A program made the position numbers and the translations under genes. The notes beneath the pieces are model-generated. The model searched no databases. It had not been told where the DNA came from and worked only from the letters and a program-made list of their open reading frames with translations. A stretch of 62,974 bases of DNA, counting the filler, from Kipferlia bialata (lineage: Eukaryota), in assembly GCA_003568945.1 (NCBI GenBank). It is 7 parts of 7 records of this genome, joined end to end, with 100 filler letters (N's around TTAATTAATTAA, not from the genome) between each part and the next. Parts side by side here need not be neighbours in the genome. Positions count along the whole stretch, not along the records: positions 44,110 to 55,028 come from BDIP01001334.1; positions 55,129 to 60,810 come from BDIP01001360.1; 5 more parts are not named here. One strand, written 5' to 3'. Positions 44,110 through 56,167 of this stretch are shown here, one piece after another (the stretch's first letter is position 1; each line of letters starts with the position of its first letter).

Positions 44110-47100
44110 TCTCTCTATTAGGGCCACACCAGCGCAAACCGTGCCCGACCACCCCCCTCCCCCCTCCCCCTACGGTACCACCCCAGTCTCCACATCCCAC
44201 CAGTCCATAGATGAACAGGCGGTGTTGGGTGCCGTCATCAGTGCCGTACACGCCTGCAGCTTCGTGCCCCAGTATCTCTGGGTGGCACACCCGAATATAT
44301 ATATGAATAGGAAGGGGCACGGGAGTGTGTCATTCGATGGGAGGGGCATCGTCAGGCAGACCCTCATGTCGATAGCACTCATCCGGCTGCTAGGTGCTGT
44401 GTACCATGCCCTCCCCCCCCATCACGACATACGGGGTGCCATCAGGTCAGCTCTGGTGTACCTGCACGTGTCTCTGACCTGTGATGTATCACTGTCTCTC
44501 GCCTCTGTCTCCTGTGACACCCACAGTGCACACCGGGCAGCCCAGGAGTCAGGCAGGTCTCTCCCCCGCCCCGTGCTATCCTTGGTGGGGCAGTGTGCCA
44601 GGGCAGTACTGGGGGAGCTGCAGACTCTGCTGGGACGGAACCGCAGTGACACCCTGTCCTATCTGGTGGAGACCTCTCTGATCGTCCTGCCCAGGACCCT
44701 TGACCACCTCCCCAGGGGCCGGGTGTCTGTGCTAGACGTCAGCCAGTGCCTGCGCCACGTATCCCGGTCTCTGCTGTGTATGAGTCTGACGCAGGAGCCA
44801 GGCACCCCTTCGTCTGCGGTGCATCAGGACCTACAGCTGGTGAGGTGGTACATGAAGCAGGTGTGTATGCCGGATGGAGCCACAGCGGTGCAGGGCGACA
44901 CACCCATGGGAAGAGGGTCTGGTACTGGTACTTCGGAGGATGACACGGAGGGGCCCTTCACTGTGGCCTGTAAGACTGTGAGCCACAGCCTAACAGCTGC
45001 TCTCAGCCTCATCCTATCACTCCACCGGCCTTTGCGGCAGCAGTATACAACCGTAGAGAAGTGCAATGAGGTATACACTCGGGGCGAGACTCTCATTTCT
45101 GTCTGTGCGCCTGTTGGGGTGTCTCTGCCGGGTCTGATACTGCCTCTGCTGCACCCCTCCTTCTGCCCCCTCTCCGCCCTGGGTCAGTACTGTGCCTCCT
45201 ACATGGACTTCTCCTATGATGCGTCGATGGTCAGTGCCACAGGGCTGGTGGTGGGACATGTGGAAGAGTGGGAGGGGAGGTGGCAAGCTCATGTGGGCGG
45301 TACAGTGGGCGGGGGCGGGGTTGCTCCCGTGCCGTTTCTGCTCCGGAGTAGTGACCTTGCAACTCAGACTGGGTACACCCCTTCCTCTCTCCTCACGCTC
45401 ATTGCCTCTGTGCTCAAGGCTGACTATGTGGTCAACAAGGCTCTGGAGACCAGCTCAACCCCCCTGGGCGACTGTCTGTGTGTGCTGGGCTCCCCCTCAC
45501 ACAGTATCCCCAGGGTCCACCCCTCTATGCACCTAGAAGTCACTCGGCACACAGGCAGACAGGGGGCACCTGGGGGAGAGAGAGCACACGAAGGGGACAG
45601 CCCTGTCCTCCCCCCCCCTCTCAAGCAGATCAGGTCTATTCTACCCCTCGTGCGTCGCCTGGGCCTGTCTGACACATACAACCTCAGGACAGTTCCCCAT
45701 ACCTCTGGGCTGCCGGGTAAGGTTGTACTAGCAAAGCTCAAGGGGCAGAGGGACAACGACCCACACGCCACTGCCTCCTCGGCCTATGCTTTCAGCCTGT
45801 GGAGCCTGTCACTGGCAGCGGGGTACCTCTTTGTAGCCCAGCAAAGGCAGGAGGAAGAGTCCGGCCAGCGGCCCCGCCCAACCAAGCCTGACATAGAACT
45901 ACCGGCGATGCTGCCCAAGATGATAGTGAATGCCGTCCTGAAAGAGATGGGGAAAGAGGCCCCTGGCGTGTGCGTCAAGTACAGTCAGTCTGTGCTGTGT
46001 GCATGTCTGTCGTGCTGTGGCATGTGGGGCAGTCTGGAGGCGTGTCAGAAGGAGGAAGACAGCCTCGTCTCCTACCTGCCCATCCTCTCAGGCATATTCA
46101 GCCAAGCACACAACGCTGTCCCCCTAGTGGCTGGCCTTAGCATCAAGGTGTGTGGGTCTTCGCCTCCCCCAGCCTCCCTGGTGAGCCTTGCCAGTGCCCT
46201 CCACCTCTGCAGGAACTATCTGGTGTCGGTGTGGCCCCAGGACATGTGTGCCCAGTCTGGCGGCTCTCCTGTTAGGCCGCCACCCCCTGGTGTCTTCTCA
46301 ATAGTGTATGCCACTCTGGTGTGCTTAGGTGCCGACGCACCCTCCTCCCCCTCTTCCCCAATGCCACCAGTAGGCAACCCTCATGGTACCAGAGGTAGTC
46401 TCATCCACCGGTGTCTGGACCTGGTTACTGCCTATGCAAAGAGCATACCGACTCAGGAGGTGGAAGGAGGGACAGAGGCTCCCTTTGTGGGTCCTGTGAG
46501 GGGAAAGGTCAACACCCGTGTGAGGACATGTATGTGTGACATGCTTCTGAGTCTGTGTGACGTGTATGAGGTGGGCATGTCTGTGATGCGTGGGGTGCCG
46601 GCCTGTAATCGGCCTGCATACCGTGAGGATTTCCTCCTCCAGTGCTGGCCTGTACTGTTCTCCCTGCGCCTGTGTATACATAGCATCCTGGACTACAGTC
46701 AGGGACAGGAGGATGAGACATACACCCCCAGGGTCATGGCTAGACTGGCGGGGGTGGCCGCACTCTCTGCCCCTCTGTGGGGGTCCAACAGCTATGACCA
46801 GGCAGTGCAGTCCGCACGGCACCACAGTGCTGGGCTGAGGTCGGGGGCCGACCTTGTGGTGCCAGAGTACAGCACCTGTGAGGGGGTCAGCAGCGTGTGT
46901 TATGCTGCCAGTATGCTCTACTCCAGTCTCTACTCCAGTCTCCGGTCTGTTCCTCTGCAGCTGCATACAGACCTCTGCCTGTGCGGCGCCGTACAGGTGC
47001 TGCTAGGAGTGACCCTGGGTGTACACAGGCAGGGTGAGGGGGTGGGCAGCAGACGGCTCGTGAGGCCCCACCTGGCCAGCCCCCTCCTCTCCTCGCTGGC

Positions 47101-49667
47101 TAGTCTAAGCTTCATACCCACCCTGGGTCCGGAGGCCAGGGCTGAGGAGGTTGTCGGGGTGTTTGTATCTCTAGTCTCTAGGCTAGGCAGGGTGGACGAC
47201 ATCTCCCTCAGAGACGAGGCCCAGGGCACCCTCCTGCACTGCTGTACAGCGATGGAGACGGAGTACACGGGCAGAGAGGCCCAGACCCGGGGTACCAACC
47301 AGGGCTACATCATAGCAGAGCAGAGACAGGTGCTCAGAGCTCTAGAGGCTGTCCTGATATCAGGGTTTCACGCTAAGAAGAGGCGGGGGGGCTACGATAT
47401 GGGGGGGTGCATACTGGGGCCAAGTGACTCTGAGACTGAGGCCGACCGAAGGGCCGCGTCTGCCCTGCTCCATGGGCTGCTGGGTGAGCCTATGCCCCAG
47501 TCGCCCCCCACCCACACCGCATATGGCTCCAGATCGCCTGACATCGATCTCGACTCCTCGTCTAGCGTGTCCTTAGAGGTGTACTCCCTGGGACTCTCTG
47601 CCTGTTCGTGTGTGTGCGCCTCTGTATTGTCTAAGCCCTTTGCATGTGAGGCTGCTGACCTCGTGTCTCTCCTAGCGGCTCCCATCAGGCGGGAGGGCCA
47701 GAGTCTTCTGGCAGAGTGTACTACTGACGCAGGGTCCCTTCTAAGGGGGAGCCTCAGGCCTCGCCCCTCCGAGGGCGACCCCAGTATGGCGGCATCCCCT
47801 AGGGTTATAGAGCCAGACAGAGGTGTCAGAGGCAGAGTGCTCTCACAGACCGTAGCCTCCACCCCCCTTCTAGGCACCCTGGCCCTCCTCTCCCTCGGCC
47901 TAACTAAGACCACCAGTACTGCCACCAGAAAGGTGTGTGAAGCCCAGCTGTATGTGGTGTCCAGGCTGTGTCGCGCTGTGTCTGGGGGTGTTGTGCTGGA
48001 CACCTCTTCTAGACTGGTGTCGAGACAGTCCAACACACTCGTGTCCTCTGGGGGTGCCACCCCTCTAACCTCCACCCCTGCCCTTTCCGTGGCCTGTCTG
48101 GTATATGCCTGCAGGTACCTGGCTGACGTGTCCACCGTATACCGTCTCTCCTCTGGGTACGGCAGGGGTCTGGACTCTGTGGTGCCTGTCCCCCAGTGGC
48201 TATGCACCCAACTGGAGGAGGGCGGCATGGACCAGGCAGACACCCTGCCCGACCTCTCTTGCTTGTCTGACGGCACTGACCTCTTCGACAGGGCCAGCAA
48301 CCAGCGCTGCCAGCCCCTCTCCGACATCAGCCTGCTCAAGCGGTGGTACCACCTCACCGTCACCTCTGTGGGGGAGAGAACGTGGCCCATAGGCACCCAT
48401 GGGAACAGGGGCTTTGTCCAGACAGATATGTCAGGTGGGTCTGGGAGATGCGGTGTCAGTGTTACTGTATTCGGTGCTGTTACGTGTGGTGTTATATATT
48501 GTGTGTTGTGTTCTTCAGCTACTTCAATCATATCTAGTCTCTCTATTATTATTATGCGTTGGTGTAGCCAACCCTGACCGTCAGCGGTAGCCCGTGCCCA
48601 CATATCTGCCGTTTCGTCCTGTCTGTGTGGTCTGTCCACCATGAGACAGGAGGTGTGCGGCAGGGGCCAGGCAGAGCCCGCCAAGGTAGCCGCCAGACTG
48701 TCTCTGGTAGGTGCTGTGTCCGTGCTCTATGCCCTTGTGGAGACACAGCCCCTGCGGAGGGGGTCCCTGTATGGCACTCCTGTCCCTGCCCCTGTGTGTG
48801 CCTCTAGCCAGCTGGAGGAGGTTGGAGATATGGAAGTTAGGGACACGGCCCCCTCTGACACAGCACAGAGGGGTGGGCTCTACGACAGTAGTAGGTTCAC
48901 CCGAGACTCCGTTGTCAAGGGGCGCCGGGACTCCCTTGCCTCAGAGGTGGTTAAGGCAGGGGGGTATGCATCCATGGGTGTGGAGACAGACCCGTCCCCT
49001 ACCCCTCTCATCGTGTTGCCCATGTATGGGGGCCACTCATGTACGCAGGAGTATTATCGGAGTTGTATTCTCTTTGTCTTTGTGCTGTCCTGCCCCCCCC
49101 CCCCCTCTCCCTCTCTCTCCCCCTCTCTGACCCCAGACTCCCTCCCTGCACGGCATATCCTGACCCCCTCCTCAGAGGAGACGCTGGCTGGGATGAGTGT
49201 GCCCCCAGAGACAGGTAGGATGTGTGATTGTACATGTGTTGTATATCAGTATTCACCAATGTGGAAGAATTGAGATTGTATCTACTGGTGAATGAGAGTC
49301 AACGCGATTGCATTTTATGTGGCTATCTCTCCCTTTCTCCCTCTGTCTCTCTCTCATGCCAGCTGAGGAGAGGGCCGCCGATGTGTTGCGCCTCTCTGTG
49401 TCTGTAGCACCTGGTGGGGACAGGCAGCGGGGTGGGTACATGGTGTTGTTCAAGGGGGCAGTGGGCAGGGACTGTATGTTGCTAGCGGCACGGGAGATTG
49501 TTGAGTGTCTGCAGGTGCTACAGCGGTGCGAGCCCGGTTCAGAGCCTAGGATTCGGGGCCTTGTCGTCGATGTACTACAGACGTTCAGTAACGCCCATTC
49601 TAGGTCATGCGACTCTGATCGACAGACAGTGACAAAGCTTCTACACACAATATCCCAGATGAGATAG
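44110..49667 (+). CDS. Very large hypothetical protein (>1400 aa in one exon), possibly helical-repeat
   Basis: Open frame from the contig edge to about 48430, then further GT-AG exons ending TKLLHTISQMR*. Leu-rich helical segments, no recognised motif. Confidence 0.75.
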
Positions 49668-49815
49668 ATAATTTGGGGTGTTGGCGGTGCAATGAAGAGC
49701 CATTTCTCGATGCGTTGATACATAGATGGTTCTGTCCCACTTCTATGAATGTGCATATCATATACTAGTAAGAAGTGAAGGATCTCTGTAATGCTACTAC
49801 GAGAGCTCTATTGCC

Positions 49816-52795
49816 TCACCGCCTCCCCCACTTTGCCTCTCTGGTCTGGTCCATGATGTGCGCTGCCTCCTGCTGGAGTCTATTCAACATGCTCATCTGC
49901 TTGGTATGCGGACTGTCGTGGGGACTGGCGGCCGTGGGCAGACGGGCCTCTGGAGCCACTGGTGTGTGGCGGGTGGTCCCTCTCTCCAGTACGGGTGTCA
50001 CGGAGGGCAGACCATGGGGGGACACGGGGGGGGAGGGGGAGACGGAGAGCTGGGTGGCGGAGAGAGCAGCGGGTGTGTGGGAGCCCGAGGCCTGGGAGGC
50101 TGGCTCCGAGTCTGACTCACTCCTACTCAGTGGAGTGGCAGAGGGAGAGGGAGAGGGCTGGCGGTAGGATGTGTCATGGATGGGGGAGGCCGCATTGGAG
50201 AGCAGCGGGGGAGTCCGTGAACGCCCAAACTCTTCTCTCTCCCTAGCCCTCTCCAGTTCCTCTCTCCGCTCCCTCTCCAACTGGGCAGCTGCCTCCCTCT
50301 CTCTCTCATAGGCCTCCAGAGACGGTGCCGCAGGGTAAACTGGTACCAGGTGGTCTCTGGGGACACGGTCTGTGGACAGCAGGTGCCGATCCTGGGTCTG
50401 GCCCAGCCTGGCACTGTGATAGGGCATGGACTGCTGCAGGTAAGAGCTGGCATAGGGGGGCTCTACAGTGGTGGTGGTCGTGACCTGGATGTTGTCGGTC
50501 TCACCCACCCCTGCACCCCCATACCCTGTCCCATACCCTGCGTCCAGGGGGGCATACCCCGTCTCTCTCTGCATCTCCCTGCCGGTCTGGTACAACTGAT
50601 CTAGACCCTGACCTAGACCTAGACCCTGACCTTGGCCCTGACTGGTGTACATCTGGCGGGTGTCCTGTCTCGCTCTCTCCCTCTCGCGTACAATCTCTGA
50701 CGCTCTTAGCCTGTCAAGCTCTCTCTGCCTCTCAGATGCAGCCCGTCTCTGACTCTCTCTCTCTCTCTCCATCTCCAGCGTCTGTCTCTCCCTCCTTCCC
50801 CTAGACTCAGACTCCATTGGCGACACAGACCGGGAGGGGGGTAAAGAGGCCGCGGGGGAGGGCGAGGGGGGCAGAGAGTGGGCAGGAGAGGCAGTGGGCG
50901 TGGGAGACGGCATAAGGGGCACTGGGGCGGCATGGGACTGTGAAGGAACAGCCTCTGCCTGAGTCCTTGCACCTGTCCTTGTGTCACTCTCTGATCCAGT
51001 CTCTCTCCCACTGCTCTTACCCTTCCTAACGGCACTCTTCCCCTTCCCCTTGGTGGCCTTCCCAGACCTTGTCACAGACGATGCGGGTACGTACACCTCC
51101 CCCCGCTCCTTTACTGTAGACGAGAGTCTAACCTGGCTGGCTGCCTCCCTGTGCCTCTGCTTCTTCAGCTCCCGCTGTCTCTTCCTGCTGGCATAGGCAG
51201 CTGTGGCCCGCATCTTGGAAGCCCCCTCTGTCTCTCCTGTCTCTCCCCCTCTGCCGGGGGTTGTTCTCATGGCCCTGTCCATAGTACCAGTACCAGCCAC
51301 AGCATCAGCGCTGGTGCCACTGGGCCTCTGCCTCATGGTATGACCGGCAGACATAGGGGTCGCCCTCACCCCAGACACAGTCTGCCCAGATAGATATGTA
51401 TCAGATGTATCAGATGGCCCTGCGGCATGTGCACCTATTGAGTGTGGGCGTGTCTCCCCTACACTCTGTGACTGTCCTAGTCCAGTGGACATGGCGGCCC
51501 TGATCAACTCTCTCTCCATCTCCAGCCGGGTACGCAGCTCTGCAGTCTGGGAGGCATGTGCTGCCCGCACACCAGCAGCCCTCTCTCTCTCTGCCCTCTC
51601 TGCCTCTAGCATTGTCGCAGACACCTCAGCACGGGCCCTTCCCAGCACTAGCTGGTCGGTGGCCTCGGAGTGGAGGTCCTGCAGTGAGGGGACAGGGGGA
51701 GTCCGTATATATGTTCACACACACATACATACATACATACCTGTATGGCGCGTGTCATGCCCTGGACCTCTGCCCTGCTCTCTCTCTCCTGTGCCGCAGT
51801 CGCAGCGGCCATGGTGCGCATACCCGCAGTCCACCTGCATGTCAGAGTATGGTAGGAATTATGTATATAACACATTCCGAGGCACTCTGTGACACAGCAG
51901 CAAGGACCAGCCTTAATCCAATACAGAAACACCCACGTACCTGGCAATATCTGCTTGGAGTGCCTGCCTCCCTGTCTCTGTCCTCTCCCTAGAGCGCGCA
52001 TCGGCTAGGCGGCGCTGGGCCTGGGGTAAGGATATGAGTCATTTCATATGATGTGATCAGGAGTGAATGAGAGAACATCCCACCTCTGTCTCCAGCTCTA
52101 TGGCGGCTGCCTCTCTCTCTGCGGCTGCCGCAGCCCGTGCCTCTGTCTCTCTGGTCTGTCTGGCCGTGTCTCTGAAGGCCTGCACCTCCCTCTTGGCCAT
52201 GCCGCTCATCCTGGCCTCTGTGGCCTGGGTCTCCCCATTGAGCCTGTCTAACACAGCAGTGAGGGACCCAGAGGACACGGTGTCATGCTCACACACACCC
52301 TCTCCCTCTCCCTCCCTAGCCACAGGCCTAGTAGCCACAGGCACACAGACTGGGGTAACGGCAGGGCATCTGGGGGGCTCTGGCATGGCGATGGGGGAGA
52401 GAGAGGATAGCAGGGTCTCTGGTCCTGTGATGGATGGGTCTGCGGCACAGTGGGTGCGCCACATCTTGTTGGCCCTGGAGGGTGAGAGGCAGAGACAGTG
52501 ACAGAAGATGTAGAAGGGGAAGTCACTTGTGGGGGTGAATGTGAATATAGTTGATGGAGAAGGGGGGGGGGGGGGGGGGGGGTAGGGCCCACCTGTCATG
52601 TACGTGCTGGGCTGCCACGTTGTCATAGGTATCAGGCACCACCAGTGCAGGGAGGGACAGAGTGAACCATGCCCAGAGCACAACCACTGCACATAGAGCC
52701 ATACACCTCAGGGACATGAGGGGGCTGTGCCGGGTTCCCATGCACCCCTCTGATCCCTGGCCACTAGGGGCCCTCTCCGCACCCGTGAGAGGCAT
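49816..52795 (-). CDS. Coiled-coil / low-complexity hypothetical protein
   Basis: ATG 52795; in-phase exons into the 610-codon terminal exon ending AKWGRR*. Confidence 0.7.
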
Positions 52796-53068
52796 ATTGA
52801 ATGCACTGGATAGTCACCTCCCGGTATTCTAACAGATAGGCCAATGAGAGGAGAGAGAGCAGGCTGAACCGTTCTGTGAACGAGTTGGTGGTTCCACACC
52901 CCTTTTCGATTTCAGTTTTTGAAGCGTTTCGCCCTCTTCGAGACGCTTGAGGATGCGAACCTTCCCTTTGCCAGTCACTGCAAGTCCCGCAAGTCCCGCT
53001 AGAGTGTCTAGGTACCGTAGTTCATCCCTATCCTGCGTCGAGACCTGTGTGTGGAGGGCAGTAGAGAT

Positions 53069-53287
53069 ATGGTGCCGAAGGAGCCGAGAGATACAGGGCG
53101 CCGCCCGGTCACTCTGCTCGAGGATGGCGCCTCCAGTACCTCCAGTGCCTCCAGTGTGTCTAGGCCTGGTCTTAAGGATGTAGAGAGAGGGCCTAGGCGC
53201 CGCCTTGTCACTCTGTTTAGCCGCAAGAAGAGGCACAAGTCCCAGTTTGTGGAGTTCTTTGCATACGCAGAGGCCAGGGGTGTTCAG
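53069..53287 (+). CDS. First exon of a hypothetical gene
   Basis: MVPKEPRDTGRR...VEFFAYAEARGVQ|gtac; donor echo at 53373-53400 confirms strand. Confidence 0.6.
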
Positions 53288-53499
53288 GTACTGTGTATGT
53301 GTACATTGATTCACAGAGTATGTTTGTATATACATATATCAGTGTAAGTATATATAGTGTCTCTATATGTATGTATGCAGAGGCCAGGGGTGTTCAGGTA
53401 CTATATATATAGTTACCTATATTCATATATACACATGTGTATGTTTGTATGACATGCTTTGTATATGAAGAGGCCAGTGGTCATTCCTCTCTCTCTCTG

Positions 53500-53533
<34 letters not shown>

Positions 53534-53669
53534 GTGGGGTGTCAAGGTATTATTGAACTACTATATCGTTGTCGCATCGTAGTGTGAGTCTGGAATTGGT
53601 AGTAGCAACTCCAGTGAATGAACTCCTCCCATCCCCCCCCCCCCCCCCCCCCCCCCCCCTTACACCCAG

Positions 53670-54480
53670 GTTCTGACACTCTACCAGTGAGTGGTGCATC
53701 TCTTCTGGTCACAGTGGTCGGGGAGACACACAGCTATGTGGGGACAGCAGTGGAGAGTGCCACGCCGGGTATGTCTATGTATATATATGATACTGCATAT
53801 ACTCCTGTATCTATAGGAACCGATATTTGCATCAGCTATGTGGGGACAGCAGTGGAGAGTGCAACACCAGGTGAGATATGATACTATATGTACTCATACA
53901 TTTATAAGTACCCGAGATATATGCATCAGCTATGTGGGGACAGCAGTGGAGAGTGCAACACCAGGTATGTAAATATATGTATTTGTTATGCAGATGGATA
54001 GATAGCTTAATAGATATATAGTGTATATAGTGCATATATGCATCAGCTATGTGGGGACAGCAGTGGAGAGTGCTACACCTGGTATGTGGGAGATTGTATA
54101 TAATTATACTGCCATAGTCTACTTGACCCTCTCTCTCTCTCTCCCTCCCTCCCTCACCCCCAGGTCTCTATGAGTACACCCTCACCCCAACTGCAGAGGG
54201 ACTCTATGTGGTGACAGTGGCTGTGTTTGGGGTGTCATCAGGTATCTCTAGCACTAAGTATACATATAGATATAGAGAGAAAGATAGATTTGTTGGTCTC
54301 ATCTTCATACATATCTCTGTACCTACTACCTCTCTCTCTCCCTCTCTCTTCACACCCATAATTATAGGCGCCTCTATTTCCGCCACTCTCTCCCTGGATG
54401 TCTCTTCCTTGTCCATCACACATGGGTCTCAGACATACCTGTTGTCAACAGAGGAAGATACGTGCTTGGAAGGAATACAG
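53670..54480 (+). CDS. Filamin/Ig-like domain exons
   Basis: Spliced SLLVTVVGETHSYVGTAVESATPGLYEYTLTPTAEGLYVVTVAVFG resembles the filamin repeat G-x-Y-x-x-x-x-TP-x-x-x-G-x-Y-x-V-x-V. Confidence 0.65.
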
Positions 54481-54735
54481 GTATGTACACACCACATGTA
54501 GTTATTACTTACCTATTTATACATATGGTAATTGTACATGGATCCCAGACATACCTGTTGTCAACTGAGGAGGATACATGCCTAGAGGGGATACAGGTAT
54601 ATACACCCTATACAAATATATGTACATATAGATATAGCTATTGATAGATGTATATATATATATGTATATATACATGGGTCACAGACATACCTGCTGTCAA
54701 CAGAGGAGGATACGTGCTTAGAGGGGATACAGGTA
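53732..54735 (+). repeat. Two exon-echo arrays (4 copies of SYVGTAVESATP|gt; 3 copies of HGSQTYLLSTEEDTCLEGIQ|gt)
   Basis: Direct repeats near 53732, 53833, 53927, 54043 and at 54421, 54537, 54673. Confidence 0.92.
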
Positions 54736-54974
54736 CTATATCGTTCTCTCTCCCTGATCCTCTATTATCACCCCAGTCTGAGTATGGCCGGCTCTCTCTC
54801 TCTCTCTCCCGTGTATGACATAGTGTTTTATAGTATTCCCTAATGAATATTCCATATATATTCTTGTCCTCTTACTCCAGTCTGAGTATGACATTGGGAC
54901 TCTCTCTCTCTCTCCCTAGCAGATTCTCTCTGTCTCACCCCAGTCTGAGTATGGCCTTGGCTCCTCCACCACTG

Positions 54975-55028
<54 letters not shown>

Positions 55029-55135
55029 NNNNNNNNNNNNNNNNNNNNNNNNNNNNNNNNNNNNNNNNNNNNTTAATTAATTAANNNNNNNNNNNNNNNN
55101 NNNNNNNNNNNNNNNNNNNNNNNNNNNNATCTATA

Positions 55136-56038
55136 CCTTCTGCTGGCTGACACCTTCTCCTTGACCTGGATGGGCAGGGCATCGCCCTCGGGCTCAGGCT
55201 GTGTAAGAATAGAAGTGCTGTATAATATTACATTGATATGTATATATATATGACTCTGACACCAGTATTATGGGCAGGGCATCGCCCTCGGGCTCAGGTT
55301 GATGGTAAGCATACACACTAATCCTTATATATATACATATAGACATATACAGACATACAGAGAGAGGGAGAGAGTAGAGTGTCACCCTCGGGGTCGGCGT
55401 GGTGTAATAGTACAATAACACTCTATCTTTAATAATAACATAGTGAGTATATGCAATAGTACCTTTGCCTGGGGCTTGGGCACGGCAGGGGACACCCCTG
55501 GGGAGGGGGCGCTGGCCTGCTCTAGCCACCTGGCATGAGTACACACATATATATACACTATATATACAAGAAAGTACACTTGGCAAACAGTGAGAGAGAA
55601 TACATACCTCTGCCAGGCCTTGGATGGCTCAGCAGCCACGGGCTCGGGCTCAGACCTTCCAATAGGTAGCTGGAGGGCCTGATACTGCCTGTTGTGCTGG
55701 CCCTAGAAGGTAAGACATATATATTATATACACACACATATATACTGCCTGTTGTGCTGGCCCTGGGGGGTAAGATACATAGCAAGTTCGAGTATATATA
55801 TATAGAGAGAGAGGGAGAGAGAGAGGGGGGGGGCCTGGTACTGCCGGTTGTGCTGGCCCTGGGGGGTGAGGGAGACATATATACTATAAACTCACACTAA
55901 ATGTATATATATACATATGTAAATATTTGTACTGCCTGTTGTGCTGGCCCTGGGGAGTGAGGGGAGACATACTAACTGTACAATGGTATATCAACACTAT
56001 AAGAGTTCTATAAACACATGAAGAGAGAGAGAGAGAGA

Positions 56039-56069
<31 letters not shown>

Positions 56070-56129
56070 TGTGTATACGTGGGGCGTGTGCCTGCTGTAT
56101 ATATATATTAACATTAGTATATATATATG

Positions 56130-56167
<38 letters not shown>

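Noticed and set aside
46325..48684. Minus-strand ORFs of 213 and 430 aa
   Set aside because: Antisense shadows of the 1478-codon plus-strand frame
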